64,000 nucleotides of DNA from Bacteroidales bacterium (GCA_017649855.1 JAGCGA010000019.1:7645-71644); one strand, 5' to 3'. Numbered from the stretch's first letter, positions 53,561-62,940 are shown. Translations and numbers: made by a program. Notes: generated by a model from the sequence alone, not told the origin.

Positions 53561-55408
53561 ATGGCAGACGAAAAGTTATTTACCGAATTTCCGCCCATCT
53601 CCACGGAGCAATGGGAAGCAACCATTCAAAAAGATTTAAAAGGCGCTGATTATCAGAAAAAGTTGGTGTGGCGTACCGATGAAGGATTTCAGGTACCCCC
53701 CTATTATCGTGCTGAAGATTTGAAAGAGTTGGATTATCTGAAAACGCTCCCGGGTGAGTTTCCGTTTTTGCGTGGCTCCAAGGCTGACAGCAACCAGTGG
53801 GATATCGTGCAAACTATCGACGAGGCTGATCCCGCCAAGGCCAACGCCATTGCCATGGATGCTCTGATGCGCGGTGCCACCTGTATCTGTTTTGATGCCA
53901 GCAAGATTGATGGCCCCGAAGCCCTGGCCACGCTCCTCAACGGCATCGAGCTGACCGCTGCCGGCGTGCAGTTCAACCATGTGAAGAGCTATCTCGACCT
54001 GATGAAACTCTTCGTGGCTTATGTGGAAGAGAAAAAATATGACAAGCAGCAGATCTCCGGCCATATCAACTTCGATCCGCTGGTATATCGTCTCAAACAT
54101 AACAAGTTCTACTTCTCCCAGCAGGAGGATATGCAGCAGACGCTGGAGTTGTTGAAGCTGGGCGAGGGGATGCCGAAGTTCAAGGTCATCAACGTCAATG
54201 GCGTGGTGTTGCACAACGCCGGTGCCACCATCGTGCAGGAGATGGCCTATACGCTGGCCCTGGCCAACGAGTATATCAATTTCTGCGTGGAGCAGGGAAT
54301 GCCGGTCGCCAAGGTGGCTTCCCGCATCCAGTTTACCCTTTCCGTGGGTTCCAACTACTTCATGGAGATTGCCAAGCTGCGTGCCATCCGTCTGCTCTGG
54401 TCCACGATGGTGGAACAGTACAAGCCGGAATGCGATTGTGCTTACAAGTTGCGCATCAACACGGTGGCATCCACGTGGAACAAGACGCTGTATGACCCCT
54501 ACGTCAACATGTTGCGCAGTACCACGGAGGGCATGTCTGCCGTGATCGGCGGTGCCGATGCCATCTCCCTGCAGCCGTTTGATGTGGCCTACAAGCCGTC
54601 CGACGAGTTCTCCCGCCGTATTGCCCGCAATGTGCAGGTCATCCTCAAGGAGGAGGCCTTCTTGGACTATGTGGTGGATCCGGCCGCTGGCTCCTACTAT
54701 ATCGAGAATCTTACCAATTCATTGGCCGAGCATGTGTGGAAGCTGTTCCAGCAGGTGGAAGCCGATGGCGGTGCGCTGAAGGCCATCGAAGACGGCACCA
54801 TGAAGGCCGCCATCGAGGAGAGCTGCCAAAAGCGCGACATGGATATCGCCACCCGTCGCTATGTATTGCTGGGCACGAACCAATACCCGAATATCAATGA
54901 GAAGATGGCGGACAAGATCGAGCGGGTGTTCGAAGATGACGATGAGGGCCTGAAGACTTACCGCGGGGCCGCTGCCTTCGAAGCTATCCGTTTGGAGACG
55001 GAAAAATATGCCCAGACGCACAAGCGCCCCTCTGTCTACCTGCTCAAGTTGGGTAACTTGGCCATGCGCCAGGCCCGTGCAGGCTTCATTACCAACTTCT
55101 TCGGCTGTGCCGGCTACGAGATCGTGGAACCTGCCGGCTTCGCTACCGTGGAGGAGGGCATAAAGGCGGTTGCCGAAGCAAAGCCGTCCTTGATCGTGGT
55201 CTGCAGTTCCGATGAGGAGTACGCCACCCTCGGCGTGGAAGCCGTCAAGCAGGCTAAAGCCCAGTTCCCCAGCACGCCTTGCCTCATCGCCGGTAACCCG
55301 ACGGAAGCTATCGAGAGCCTGAAAGAGGTGGGAGCCGATGACTTTATTCACGTAAAAACCAATCTTCTGCAAAGTTTGAAGAGCTATAATGAAAAATTGT
55401 TGAAGTAA
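53561..55408 (+). CDS. mutA: Methylmalonyl-CoA mutase small (beta) subunit-like protein
   Basis: The start is moved to MADEKLFTEFPP. It has EQWE...DLKGADY..L.W.T.EG, PGEFPF.RG, a TIM-barrel-like middle, and a C-terminal Rossmann-like domain without an obvious DxHxxG cobalamin-ligand motif, as is typical of beta subunits. Confidence 0.8.
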   Translation: MADEKLFTEFPPISTEQWEATIQKDLKGADYQKKLVWRTDEGFQVPPYYRAEDLKELDYLKTLPGEFPFLRGSKADSNQWDIVQTIDEADPAKANAIAMDALMRGATCICFDASKIDGPEALATLLNGIELTAAGVQFNHVKSYLDLMKLFVAYVEEKKYDKQQISGHINFDPLVYRLKHNKFYFSQQEDMQQTLELLKLGEGMPKFKVINVNGVVLHNAGATIVQEMAYTLALANEYINFCVEQGMPVAKVASRIQFTLSVGSNYFMEIAKLRAIRLLWSTMVEQYKPECDCAYKLRINTVASTWNKTLYDPYVNMLRSTTEGMSAVIGGADAISLQPFDVAYKPSDEFSRRIARNVQVILKEEAFLDYVVDPAAGSYYIENLTNSLAEHVWKLFQQVEADGGALKAIEDGTMKAAIEESCQKRDMDIATRRYVLLGTNQYPNINEKMADKIERVFEDDDEGLKTYRGAAAFEAIRLETEKYAQTHKRPSVYLLKLGNLAMRQARAGFITNFFGCAGYEIVEPAGFATVEEGIKAVAEAKPSLIVVCSSDEEYATLGVEAVKQAKAQFPSTPCLIAGNPTEAIESLKEVGADDFIHVKTNLLQSLKSYNEKLLK

Positions 55409-55410
55409 CA

Positions 55411-56298
55411 ATGCATAAGCTCAGATTCCTTATATGGATTGTCTGCCTGGTCTCTTTGTGCGGGTGTAAACACCCACAGCAAGCCGAGCAGACAATTTTT
55501 TTAAAGTACACGGATTCCTACAACAGAGAGGTGGTGCTGCAGCAAGAACCCCAACGCATCGTCTCCCTCTCGCCCGCCATCACGGAACTGCTCTTTATGA
55601 TTGGCGCCGGCGACCGGCTGGTAGGCATCTCCGATTATTGCCAGTATCCCGAGGAGACCCGCCGGATTCCCAAGGTGGGTGGAATGCAGAGCATTAACAT
55701 GGAAGCCCTGGTGGCCCAACATCCGGATGTGGTGCTCATCGGATCGATGGTATCGCAGGAGGATGTGGACAAAATCGAGAAACTTCATATTCCGGTCATA
55801 GCCTTGATAGAGGAGTCGGACATCACCGGCATCTCCACGCTGATGCTGAACCTGGGCAAGATTACCCGTCACGACTCCACAGCCAAAGTGGAGGCCGAGC
55901 GATGGCAACAGACCCTTGAAAACTTCCAAAAGGAGAATACCCAGCGGCAAGAGAAGCCTAAAAGCGTCTATTATGTGGTGGGCTTTGGTGAAACGGGCGA
56001 CTTCACGGCTCCCCAAGGAAGCCATATTCACCAGATCATCGAATTGGCCGGCTGCCGTAATGTGGGGGCGGAGGTCACCACTTGGAATGTCAGTCGCGAA
56101 TTCCTGTTCCAAGCGGATCCCGACATTATTGTTGTGCGCAAGGAAGACCTGCAGAACTTCTGCTCTTTGTATCCCTATACGTTGCTAAGTGCGGTGAAAA
56201 ACCACAAGGTGTATCCCATTGAGAGTTCGTGGATAGACATTGTCACTCCCCGGAACTTGCGCGCCATTGCTTATCTGCGGGACATCACTTCCGAATGA
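55411..56298 (+). CDS. Periplasmic binding lipoprotein of the BtuF/FhuD class (cobalamin or Fe-siderophore ABC substrate-binding protein)
   Basis: Lipobox LVSLCGC. RIVSLSPAITELLFMIGAGDRLVGISDYCQYPEE is typical of BtuF-like proteins. No permease or ATPase gene is adjacent. Confidence 0.78.
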   Translation: MHKLRFLIWIVCLVSLCGCKHPQQAEQTIFLKYTDSYNREVVLQQEPQRIVSLSPAITELLFMIGAGDRLVGISDYCQYPEETRRIPKVGGMQSINMEALVAQHPDVVLIGSMVSQEDVDKIEKLHIPVIALIEESDITGISTLMLNLGKITRHDSTAKVEAERWQQTLENFQKENTQRQEKPKSVYYVVGFGETGDFTAPQGSHIHQIIELAGCRNVGAEVTTWNVSREFLFQADPDIIVVRKEDLQNFCSLYPYTLLSAVKNHKVYPIESSWIDIVTPRNLRAIAYLRDITSE

Positions 56299-57172
56299 TG
56301 GTCACAGAACCCTTGAGGGTCTCTTCTATCTGGTTTCCACTGAAGGTGAACTGGTAATAATAGACCCCGTCATGACAATTGTCCCCGCCCCAATTGTTGT
56401 CATATTGATCTGATTGGAAGACAACTTTTCCGGACCGGTCGCGTACCGTCAGCTGGCGCTTATGGCATTGTTCGATGCCCAAGATGACGAACAGGTCGTT
56501 GATGCCATCGCCATTAGGCGTGAACACATTGGGGATTTCAATTTTCAGAGGCGTCGAGAGGTTCTCTATGTCGTCAAGATGTTCCACTGCGACAGGGTCT
56601 TCTTGGGGCGTGGTGATATGAAGGACAGGGGTGGGCAAGGTGGAGGGGATAGGAGCCGCGACAGGCGCCTGGGGAGCGGGAGGCAGCGGGGTGGGAGCCT
56701 CGGGCGTCGTTGGGAACACTTCAGGCACAGGTTGAGATAAAACCTCCTCTGTTACAAGCTCAGTTGTGTTTAATTCCTTTATATACTCAGTTTGATTTTT
56801 TGGATAAGAGTCTGTAACATCGGAGGTTTCGGACAGATTAGGAAGGGGTTGATCATCGTTGTGCAGGCTGTCTGAGACAGTGCTGGAAGCGGGAACAACA
56901 GGATCGGAGGGATTTTGGCGTTTGCTCAGGGAAACCATCGTGATGGCCCCACCGCCCAGGACAAGGCCGGCAATGGCCACAATCAACTTGGCCTTGGCGG
57001 CACCTGCCAGACGGGCAACATGTTTCCCCGCCTCCTGTGCCGACAGTCCATGACCGGAACCTCCCTCCGTGGAGGTAGGCATCACCTGGTCCAAATGCTG
57101 ACTGATCTTTTGCCAGCATTCTGCCGAAGGCTGCACCTCATGGCTCTCCAATATGTCCTTTATGTTGTTCAT
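56285..57172 (-). CDS. Anti-sigma-like single-pass membrane protein with a Pro-rich linker and a T9SS type-B (CHU_C / gliding-motility-associated) C-terminal domain
   Basis: 295 aa. The N-terminus MNNIKDILESHEVQPSAECWQKISQHL is a pattern seen in partners of Bacteroidota ECF sigma factors. It has the TM helix LIVAIAGLVLGGGAITMVSL, the linker PTPLPPAPQAPVAAPIPSTLPTP, and the C-terminus IPNVFTPNGDGINDLFVI...GVYYYQF...GSVTIIRK. It has a 4-nt ATGA overlap with the sigma gene. Confidence 0.65.
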   Translation of the reverse strand: MNNIKDILESHEVQPSAECWQKISQHLDQVMPTSTEGGSGHGLSAQEAGKHVARLAGAAKAKLIVAIAGLVLGGGAITMVSLSKRQNPSDPVVPASSTVSDSLHNDDQPLPNLSETSDVTDSYPKNQTEYIKELNTTELVTEEVLSQPVPEVFPTTPEAPTPLPPAPQAPVAAPIPSTLPTPVLHITTPQEDPVAVEHLDDIENLSTPLKIEIPNVFTPNGDGINDLFVILGIEQCHKRQLTVRDRSGKVVFQSDQYDNNWGGDNCHDGVYYYQFTFSGNQIEETLKGSVTIIRK

Positions 57173-57726
57173 CCGTTATGGTTTTCTTCTTTCCGTATTC
57201 TTTTCTGCAGCCACTGCCGAGCCCTGAACAGATGCACGCGCACCGTGTTGATAGGTTCTTGAAGTCTCTCTGCAATTTCTTCAAACTCGTACCCCTCTAT
57301 CTCCCTCAAGTTGAATATGATCCGCTGTTTCTCGGGTAGCCCCTCCATGATCCGGAGGATGTGCTCTGCATCCAGACGGGTCGTGATATCTTCCGACAGG
57401 ATCGCTACCTCCTCCGCCTCTATCGCCACCTCCGCTTCATATTGCCGTTTGTGCGACCGAAAATGATCGATGGATTGGTTTACCATGATGCTTCGGATCC
57501 ACGAATAAAGCGAGCTGTCGTTCTTCTTCTGGTACTGATCCAACTTCTGGAATACTTTCATAAAACCCTCCATCATGATGTCCTCCGCCTCCTCTTCTGT
57601 ATGACAGTATCTGCTGCATACTCCCAACATTTTAGGTGCAAAAGTCTGATATAAAGCATATTGAGCTTTTCTATCATTCTTAAGGCAGCCCTGCAGAATG
57701 GATTCTATGTTCATATTCTCATTCAC
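57169..57726 (-). CDS. ECF-type RNA polymerase sigma-70 factor
   Basis: 185 aa. Region 2 is LYQTFAPKMLGVCSRYC...AEDIMMEGFMKVF and region 4 is LPEKQRIIFNLREIEGYEFEEIAERL. Confidence 0.9.
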   Translation of the reverse strand: MNENMNIESILQGCLKNDRKAQYALYQTFAPKMLGVCSRYCHTEEEAEDIMMEGFMKVFQKLDQYQKKNDSSLYSWIRSIMVNQSIDHFRSHKRQYEAEVAIEAEEVAILSEDITTRLDAEHILRIMEGLPEKQRIIFNLREIEGYEFEEIAERLQEPINTVRVHLFRARQWLQKRIRKEENHNG

Positions 57727-57784
57727 ACCTCAAAGACGCAAACAGGATGGCTTTTATTACACTTGGTGATTTTTTTTGAGGGCA

Positions 57785-57792
57785 CAAAAATA
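57785..57792 (-). promoter_or_regulatory. -7 box TAttTTTG (reverse strand) upstream of the ECF sigma gene
   Basis: The reverse complement of CAAAAATA, about 59 nt upstream of the ATG. It is a housekeeping-type box, so basal expression need not be autoregulated. Confidence 0.45.
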
Positions 57793-57846
57793 CTATTTTA
57801 TTATTGTCGGGTGAAAGATAACGTTTATGGGACAACATATTTTTTA

Positions 57847-57854
57847 TATATTTG
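57847..57854 (+). promoter_or_regulatory. -7 box TAtaTTTG upstream of the OmpA-like/TPR lipoprotein gene
   Basis: TATATTTG, 59 nt before the ATG at 57914. Confidence 0.5.
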
Positions 57855-57913
57855 CACTTTCTTTTATAGTGTATTCAATTAACCTAATATCAATATAATA
57901 TAAATCTAAAACA

Positions 57914-59737
57914 ATGAAGAAAAATGCTCTTTTAGGCGTATTGCTGCTTGCAATTCTTTGCAGCGGTTGTGGATTTGGCAAGATGGTTACCAAATACCCC
58001 GAAGTGTCTATCACGCTGGATGATGAAAACCTGGAGACCAGAGGAGGTCAGGTTGCATATACCATCAAAGGTGCCATTCCTCCGAAATATATGAAGAAAA
58101 AAGCCACGATGGTGCTGGCCCCGACGTTGAAGGTGGACGGTCAGAACATCCCGCCCTTCACCACCATCACCTTGAAAGGTGAGAAGGCTAAAGGCGAAGG
58201 AACCACCATCAGCTACAAGAAAGGTGGTACTTTTACCAAGTCCGGTACTTTCACCTACAAAGATGAATACGACATGGCTGAGATCGTAGCTCCGGCTACG
58301 GCACAGCTCAAGAAGAAATCCACCACGCTGAATCCTGAGAAGATCCTGGGCGAAGGCATCGCCAACACCTCTTCCCGCGTGGGTTTCCAACCGAGACTGG
58401 CGGACAACAACAACAACGGAACGGCCTTCTTGTATGCTCCCCACAATTTCCAGACGGAGTTCATCGGCAAAACGGCCACCATCTTTTTCGACTTGAACAG
58501 TTCCAACATGAACTGGAGCAACAAATACAACAAGTCTGCTGCTGCCAAAGACTCTATCAAGGCTTTCCAGAAATTCATGAACGAAGGCAATATCATCAGC
58601 AAGGTGATCATCTCCGGCTGGGCTTCCCCGGAAGGTGAAGAGACCAACAACCAAGGCCTTTCCGAAAGACGTTTCGAGCAAGGTAAGAAATGGTTTGAGA
58701 ACCAATATGACCAATATCTGAAAGATTATGCCAAGGCCAACAAGATCAAGATGAAAGATCTGCAACGCCCCACTTTCGAATATGTGAATAACGCAAGAGG
58801 TGAGGACTGGGATGGTTTCGAGTCTGCAATTGCCCAATCCAACATTGCCCAGAAGAATCAGATCCTCAACGTGGTGCATTCCCAACCGAACAACGACATG
58901 CGGGAGCAGAAGATTCGTGAGATGACGGATATCTATCCTGAGATTGCAGATGTCATCCTGCCTCCTTTGCGTCGCGCAGAGATGTCTTTGATTTGCCAAA
59001 AGCATGAGACCTACACCAACGAGGAGCTGATCCGTCGTGTGAAGGCCAACCCTTCCGATTTCTCCGTTAATGAGCGTCTCTATGCCGCTTCAGTATCTAC
59101 CGATCTTTCCGAGCAGGAGCTGATCTATCTCGCCCTGATCAATGACCGCAACACCGAAGGTGACTGGCGTGCTTATAACGACCTGGGTGCCCTGAAACTC
59201 AACGCCTATTACAATAGTGGCGACACGAAAGATCTGGATGACGCCATCAGCTATCTGAACAAGGCTGCTGCCATCTCCCCGAACAATGGTATTATCCTTA
59301 ACAACTTGGCTCTGGCTCAGTTCTACAAAGGCGATCTGGCAGCTGCCCGCGAGAGCTTCAATGCTTCTAAGAACGCTTCCACCAATGCCGTTAACCAAGA
59401 CGAGGCTACGGCTGTCTTCGACATCGTGGATGGCAACTACGACGGCGCCCTTCAACTGATCGGAAGCGGTTCCTGCAACTACAATGCTGCTCTGGTACAA
59501 CTGCTGAACAAAGACTATAACACCTGTCTGAACACCCTGAACTGCATTGCCAACCCGGATGCCAAGACCTATTATCTGAAGGCTGTGTTGGCTGCTCGCA
59601 TGAAAGATGAGAACGCATTGTACAGCAATCTCGGATCTGCCATCAATTTGGATCCCTCTTACAAGAAGACGGCCAAAAGAGATGCTGAATTCAAAAAGTA
59701 CCGTCATACCGACACCTTCAAGAATCTTGTAAAATAA
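57914..59737 (+). CDS. Lipoprotein with an OmpA-like segment and C-terminal TPR-like repeats
   Basis: 607 aa. Lipobox LAILCSGCG. ISGWASPEGEETNNQGLSERRFEQG resembles the OmpA_C core (G.....G....N..LS..RA). The C-terminal 200 aa have TPR-like A/L/Y/N periodicity. Confidence 0.55.
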   Translation: MKKNALLGVLLLAILCSGCGFGKMVTKYPEVSITLDDENLETRGGQVAYTIKGAIPPKYMKKKATMVLAPTLKVDGQNIPPFTTITLKGEKAKGEGTTISYKKGGTFTKSGTFTYKDEYDMAEIVAPATAQLKKKSTTLNPEKILGEGIANTSSRVGFQPRLADNNNNGTAFLYAPHNFQTEFIGKTATIFFDLNSSNMNWSNKYNKSAAAKDSIKAFQKFMNEGNIISKVIISGWASPEGEETNNQGLSERRFEQGKKWFENQYDQYLKDYAKANKIKMKDLQRPTFEYVNNARGEDWDGFESAIAQSNIAQKNQILNVVHSQPNNDMREQKIREMTDIYPEIADVILPPLRRAEMSLICQKHETYTNEELIRRVKANPSDFSVNERLYAASVSTDLSEQELIYLALINDRNTEGDWRAYNDLGALKLNAYYNSGDTKDLDDAISYLNKAAAISPNNGIILNNLALAQFYKGDLAAARESFNASKNASTNAVNQDEATAVFDIVDGNYDGALQLIGSGSCNYNAALVQLLNKDYNTCLNTLNCIANPDAKTYYLKAVLAARMKDENALYSNLGSAINLDPSYKKTAKRDAEFKKYRHTDTFKNLVK

Positions 59738-59747
59738 AAACCTTAAA

Positions 59748-59785
59748 AACGTGCCCTTTGCTCCAACGTGAAGGGCACGTTTTGT
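59748..59785 (+). terminator. Intrinsic terminator
   Basis: AACGTGCCCTT-N12-AAGGGCACGTT followed by TTTGT. Its presence argues against the GTG start at 59768 for the next ORF. Confidence 0.7.
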
Positions 59786-59803
59786 CCTTTTAGCTGCATC
59801 GTC

Positions 59804-60679
59804 ATGAAAGAAAACAGAAATATGGCCATTGCCTACGACTTTGACGGAACGCTGGCGCCCGGCAACATGCAGGAGTACAGTTTCATTCCGGATCTGAATA
59901 TGGACAAGGGCGCTTTCTGGCAGGAAGCCAACGAGATGGCCAAGACTCATGATATGGATGAGGTGCTGGCTTATATGCATCTGATGCTGCTGAAAGCTAA
60001 AGAACAGAAAATCCCGCTCCGCGAGGAGGTCTTCATGAAATATGGCGAGAACATCACCTTCTTTGAAGGGGTCACCACCTATTTCGAGCGTATCAACGCC
60101 TATGCCGCCTCCAAAAACATCCGGCTGGAGCATTTCATCATCTCTTCCGGACTGCGGGAGTTTGTCCGTGGCACCCGCATCGGACATCAGTTCCGCTCTA
60201 TCTTTGCCTCGGGGTTCCAGTATGATGCCGATGGCAATGCCTGCTGGCCTGCACTGGCAGTCAATTATACCAACAAAACCCAGTTTCTCTTCCGCATCAA
60301 CAAGGGTATCTATAACTCTTACGACAACACCTCCATCAACAAGTCGATGCCGGAAGACTCCCGCGCGGTGCCCTTCTCCAACTTGATCTATGTGGGAGAT
60401 GGAGAAACCGACGTGCCGGCAATGAAGATGGTCAACCTCTATGGCGGAACCACCATCGCTGTCTATAATCCCAACTCTGTGGCCACCCCAACCCATCCTC
60501 GTTCTTCCAAGGATATCTGCATTGACCTGATCCGCCAAAATCGCGCCGACTATATCGCGCCGACCATCTACACGGAAAACAGTGAACTGGACATCATCCT
60601 GAAGAAGATCATCGACAAAGTGGCGATGGAACAGGATTTGCTGAACATCAAATACCAAGAACTAAATCCAAATACCTGA
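59804..60679 (+). CDS. HAD-superfamily hydrolase
   Basis: The start is moved downstream of the terminator to MKENRNMAIAYDFDGTLAPG, which contains the DxDGT motif I. A later GDGETDVPAM is motif IV. Confidence 0.7.
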   Translation: MKENRNMAIAYDFDGTLAPGNMQEYSFIPDLNMDKGAFWQEANEMAKTHDMDEVLAYMHLMLLKAKEQKIPLREEVFMKYGENITFFEGVTTYFERINAYAASKNIRLEHFIISSGLREFVRGTRIGHQFRSIFASGFQYDADGNACWPALAVNYTNKTQFLFRINKGIYNSYDNTSINKSMPEDSRAVPFSNLIYVGDGETDVPAMKMVNLYGGTTIAVYNPNSVATPTHPRSSKDICIDLIRQNRADYIAPTIYTENSELDIILKKIIDKVAMEQDLLNIKYQELNPNT

Positions 60680-60684
60680 TAACG

Positions 60685-61074
60685 ATGAAATGGTTGAGTA
60701 AACTGATCGGTGTGGTGCTGTTGTGTATGGCCTCCTCCTTATACGCCCAGAGTGTGCGCTATGATGTGGAGCCGGGCATCCGCAAGATACAGGAAGACTA
60801 TATTGCCCGCTGGGGCAGGGTGCGCAACGTGGAGGGCTATCGCATACAGATCATGGCGATTTCGGGATCCAATGCCAGAACCCGCATGGAAAGCGCCAAG
60901 GCCAACATCAAGGCCGACTACCCTTCACTGCCGGTATATGCCACCTATCAGGAGCCCTATTTCCGTATCCGTGTGGGCAACTTCACGAACCGTATCGATG
61001 CCTATCGGATGCTGCAGCGGATCCTCCCACAATACCCCTCCGCTTACATCATCGCCGACCAGATCGAATATTAA
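60685..61074 (+). CDS. SPOR domain protein (peptidoglycan-binding)
   Basis: 129 aa with a signal peptide. GYRIQIMAISGSNARTRMESAKANIKADYPSLPVYATYQEPYFRIRVGNFTNRIDAYRMLQRI fits the SPOR pattern. Confidence 0.75.
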   Translation: MKWLSKLIGVVLLCMASSLYAQSVRYDVEPGIRKIQEDYIARWGRVRNVEGYRIQIMAISGSNARTRMESAKANIKADYPSLPVYATYQEPYFRIRVGNFTNRIDAYRMLQRILPQYPSAYIIADQIEY

Positions 61075-61092
61075 TCCCTAATCCCTTAAGAC

Positions 61093-61950
61093 ATGCTGCT
61101 GCTAGACGGAAAGAAAACCGCACAGGAAATCAAACAGAATATTGCAGAGGAGGTTTCCTGTCTGCAGCAAAACGGAAAGCGTCTGCCCAAACTGGCCCTG
61201 GTGCTGGTGGGCGATCGCCCGGATAGCCTCTCCTATGTCAACAGCAAAGAGAAGAATTGCCTCTCCCTGGGGATGGCTTGCGAAAAGCATCATCTTCCAT
61301 CTGACACCACCGAGAAATCCCTTTTAACCTTGATTCGCCAGCTGAATGAGGATCCGGCAGTGGACGGTATTCTCGTGCAACTGCCCATCCCCGAGCATAT
61401 CCATACCGATCATGTGCTGGAGGCCGTTGATTTCAGGAAAGATGCCGATGGCCTGCATCATGTCAACTTGGGTTTGATGCTGATGGGTGATCCCTATGTG
61501 TTGCCTTGCACGCCCAACGGAATCTTGCAGTTGCTGAAACGCTATCAGATCCCGATGGCTGGCAAAAAGGCGGTCGTGGTGGGCCGCAGTATGCTGGTGG
61601 GGGCTCCAACGGCCATCCTGCTCCAACAGCAGAATGCCACCGTGACCCAGTGCCATTCCCACACCCTGAATCTGGTGGAGGAGTGCCGAAATGCGGATAT
61701 CGTGGTGACGGCCGCAGGCGTTCCCGGACTGCTCCGCCCGCAAGACCTGAAAGAGGGTGCCGTGTTGGTGGATGTGGCCATGAACCATGATGCCGACGGC
61801 TTGTGTGGCGACGTGTATAGCAAGACAACCGCTTCAGCGTTGGAGCAAAGACTCTATGCTGCCACTCCCGTGCCCGGAGGGGTGGGCCCCATGACCATCG
61901 CCATGCTGATGTATAATGTGCTGGAACTGTACCGGAAGCACGAACAGTAG
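61093..61950 (+). CDS. folD: Bifunctional methylenetetrahydrofolate dehydrogenase/cyclohydrolase
   Basis: 285 aa with LLDGKK.A, YV..K.K, DGILVQLP.P, CTP.G and PGGVGPMT. Confidence 0.95.
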   Translation: MLLLDGKKTAQEIKQNIAEEVSCLQQNGKRLPKLALVLVGDRPDSLSYVNSKEKNCLSLGMACEKHHLPSDTTEKSLLTLIRQLNEDPAVDGILVQLPIPEHIHTDHVLEAVDFRKDADGLHHVNLGLMLMGDPYVLPCTPNGILQLLKRYQIPMAGKKAVVVGRSMLVGAPTAILLQQQNATVTQCHSHTLNLVEECRNADIVVTAAGVPGLLRPQDLKEGAVLVDVAMNHDADGLCGDVYSKTTASALEQRLYAATPVPGGVGPMTIAMLMYNVLELYRKHEQ

Positions 61951-62007
61951 CCAGCCCAACCGGTCAAAGTCAACAGCTAATCATCGCCAAATGTGAAGCG
62001 TTTTCTC

Positions 62008-62041
62008 AAAAAAAAAGCCCCACCGAGGATAACGGTGAGGC
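62008..62041 (-). terminator. Intrinsic terminator of rubrerythrin
   Basis: On the reverse strand: GCCTCACCG-N7-CGGTGGGGC followed by T9. Confidence 0.75.
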
Positions 62042-62067
62042 TGATGTCCTAATTGGATGAAGAGATG

Positions 62068-62640
62068 TTAGTAGTTGTCTTTCATCACCTCAAAATAGGC
62101 TTGCGGATGCAGACAAGCCGGACATTCCACCGGAGCGGTCTCCGATTCAATGATGAAACCGCAGTTGCGGCATTGCCAGAACACCTTGCCATCTTTCTTG
62201 AAGCAGGTGTATTCCTCCACGTTCTTCAGCAGTTTGCGATAACGCTCTTCATGGCCTTTCTCAGCCACGGCAATTTTGCGGTACATCTCGGCGATTTCCG
62301 GGAAACCTTCCTGTTCAGCCACATCTGCAAAATGCGGATATGCTTCGGTCCACTCCTCGTTTTCACCTTCGGCGGCAGCACGCAGGTTCTCGGCCGTAGT
62401 GCCTATCACACCGGCAGGAAATGAAGCCTGTATCTCTACCATGCCACCTTCCAGATATTTGAACATCCGTTTGGCGTGTTCTTTCTCTTGGTTGGCAGTC
62501 TCTTCAAAAATGGCGGCCACTTGCTCATAGCCCTCTTTCTTGGCCTTGGAGGCAAAATAGGTATAACGCATTCTGGCTTGGGATTCGCCGGCAAAAGAAT
62601 GCATCAGGTTTTTCTCGGTTTGGGTTCCTTTAAGTGTCAT
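62068..62640 (-). CDS. rbr: Rubrerythrin
   Basis: 190 aa. It has diiron ferritin-like E..H motifs (EKEHAKR, EEWTE) and a C-terminal rubredoxin CRNCG...CPAC. Confidence 0.95.
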   Translation of the reverse strand: MTLKGTQTEKNLMHSFAGESQARMRYTYFASKAKKEGYEQVAAIFEETANQEKEHAKRMFKYLEGGMVEIQASFPAGVIGTTAENLRAAAEGENEEWTEAYPHFADVAEQEGFPEIAEMYRKIAVAEKGHEERYRKLLKNVEEYTCFKKDGKVFWQCRNCGFIIESETAPVECPACLHPQAYFEVMKDNY

Positions 62641-62670
62641 AATGTAAGTTGTTTTTGTGTTTAAAATTCA

Positions 62671-62928
62671 TTATTCGCAAATGGTCCTCTGGGTCACATA
62701 GCCGGTTCCGTTGATGTTGCCCAACGTGTCATAGCTGTGCATCTCGTAGGTGGTATCCACATTCATCAAGGAGCACTCCTGTCTTGATTCGACAGTGGTG
62801 GAGTCAACATTGACAATGGTTTGTCCTGGACTGATGAACTGATAGGTGCTGACGCAAGTGCATTCGTTCATGCAACTCATGCCCAACAAGGCGATGCCTG
62901 CAAAGGCTGCGATTAAGATCTTTTTCAT
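62671..62928 (-). CDS. Small Cys-rich lipoprotein (85 aa)
   Basis: Signal/lipobox MKKILIAAFAGIALLGMSC, with four further Cys residues in the mature part. Confidence 0.5.
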   Translation of the reverse strand: MKKILIAAFAGIALLGMSCMNECTCVSTYQFISPGQTIVNVDSTTVESRQECSLMNVDTTYEMHSYDTLGNINGTGYVTQRTICE

Positions 62929-62940
62929 AATATTGTTAAA

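Noticed and set aside
59090-60658. A 522-aa antisense ORF spanning the 3' end of the OmpA-like/TPR gene, the intergenic terminator and the HAD gene. Similar long antisense ORFs occur at 57932-59005, 34057-35433, 14421-15383, 40639-41598, 42574-43440, 28100-28975 and 25210-26124.
   Set aside because: These ORFs cross gene boundaries and terminators, and they encode H/G/V/D/L-rich sequence without recognisable features. The sense-strand products are well-known families. The recurrence points to a genome-wide codon-usage effect that depletes stops in the antisense frame, not to overlapping genes.
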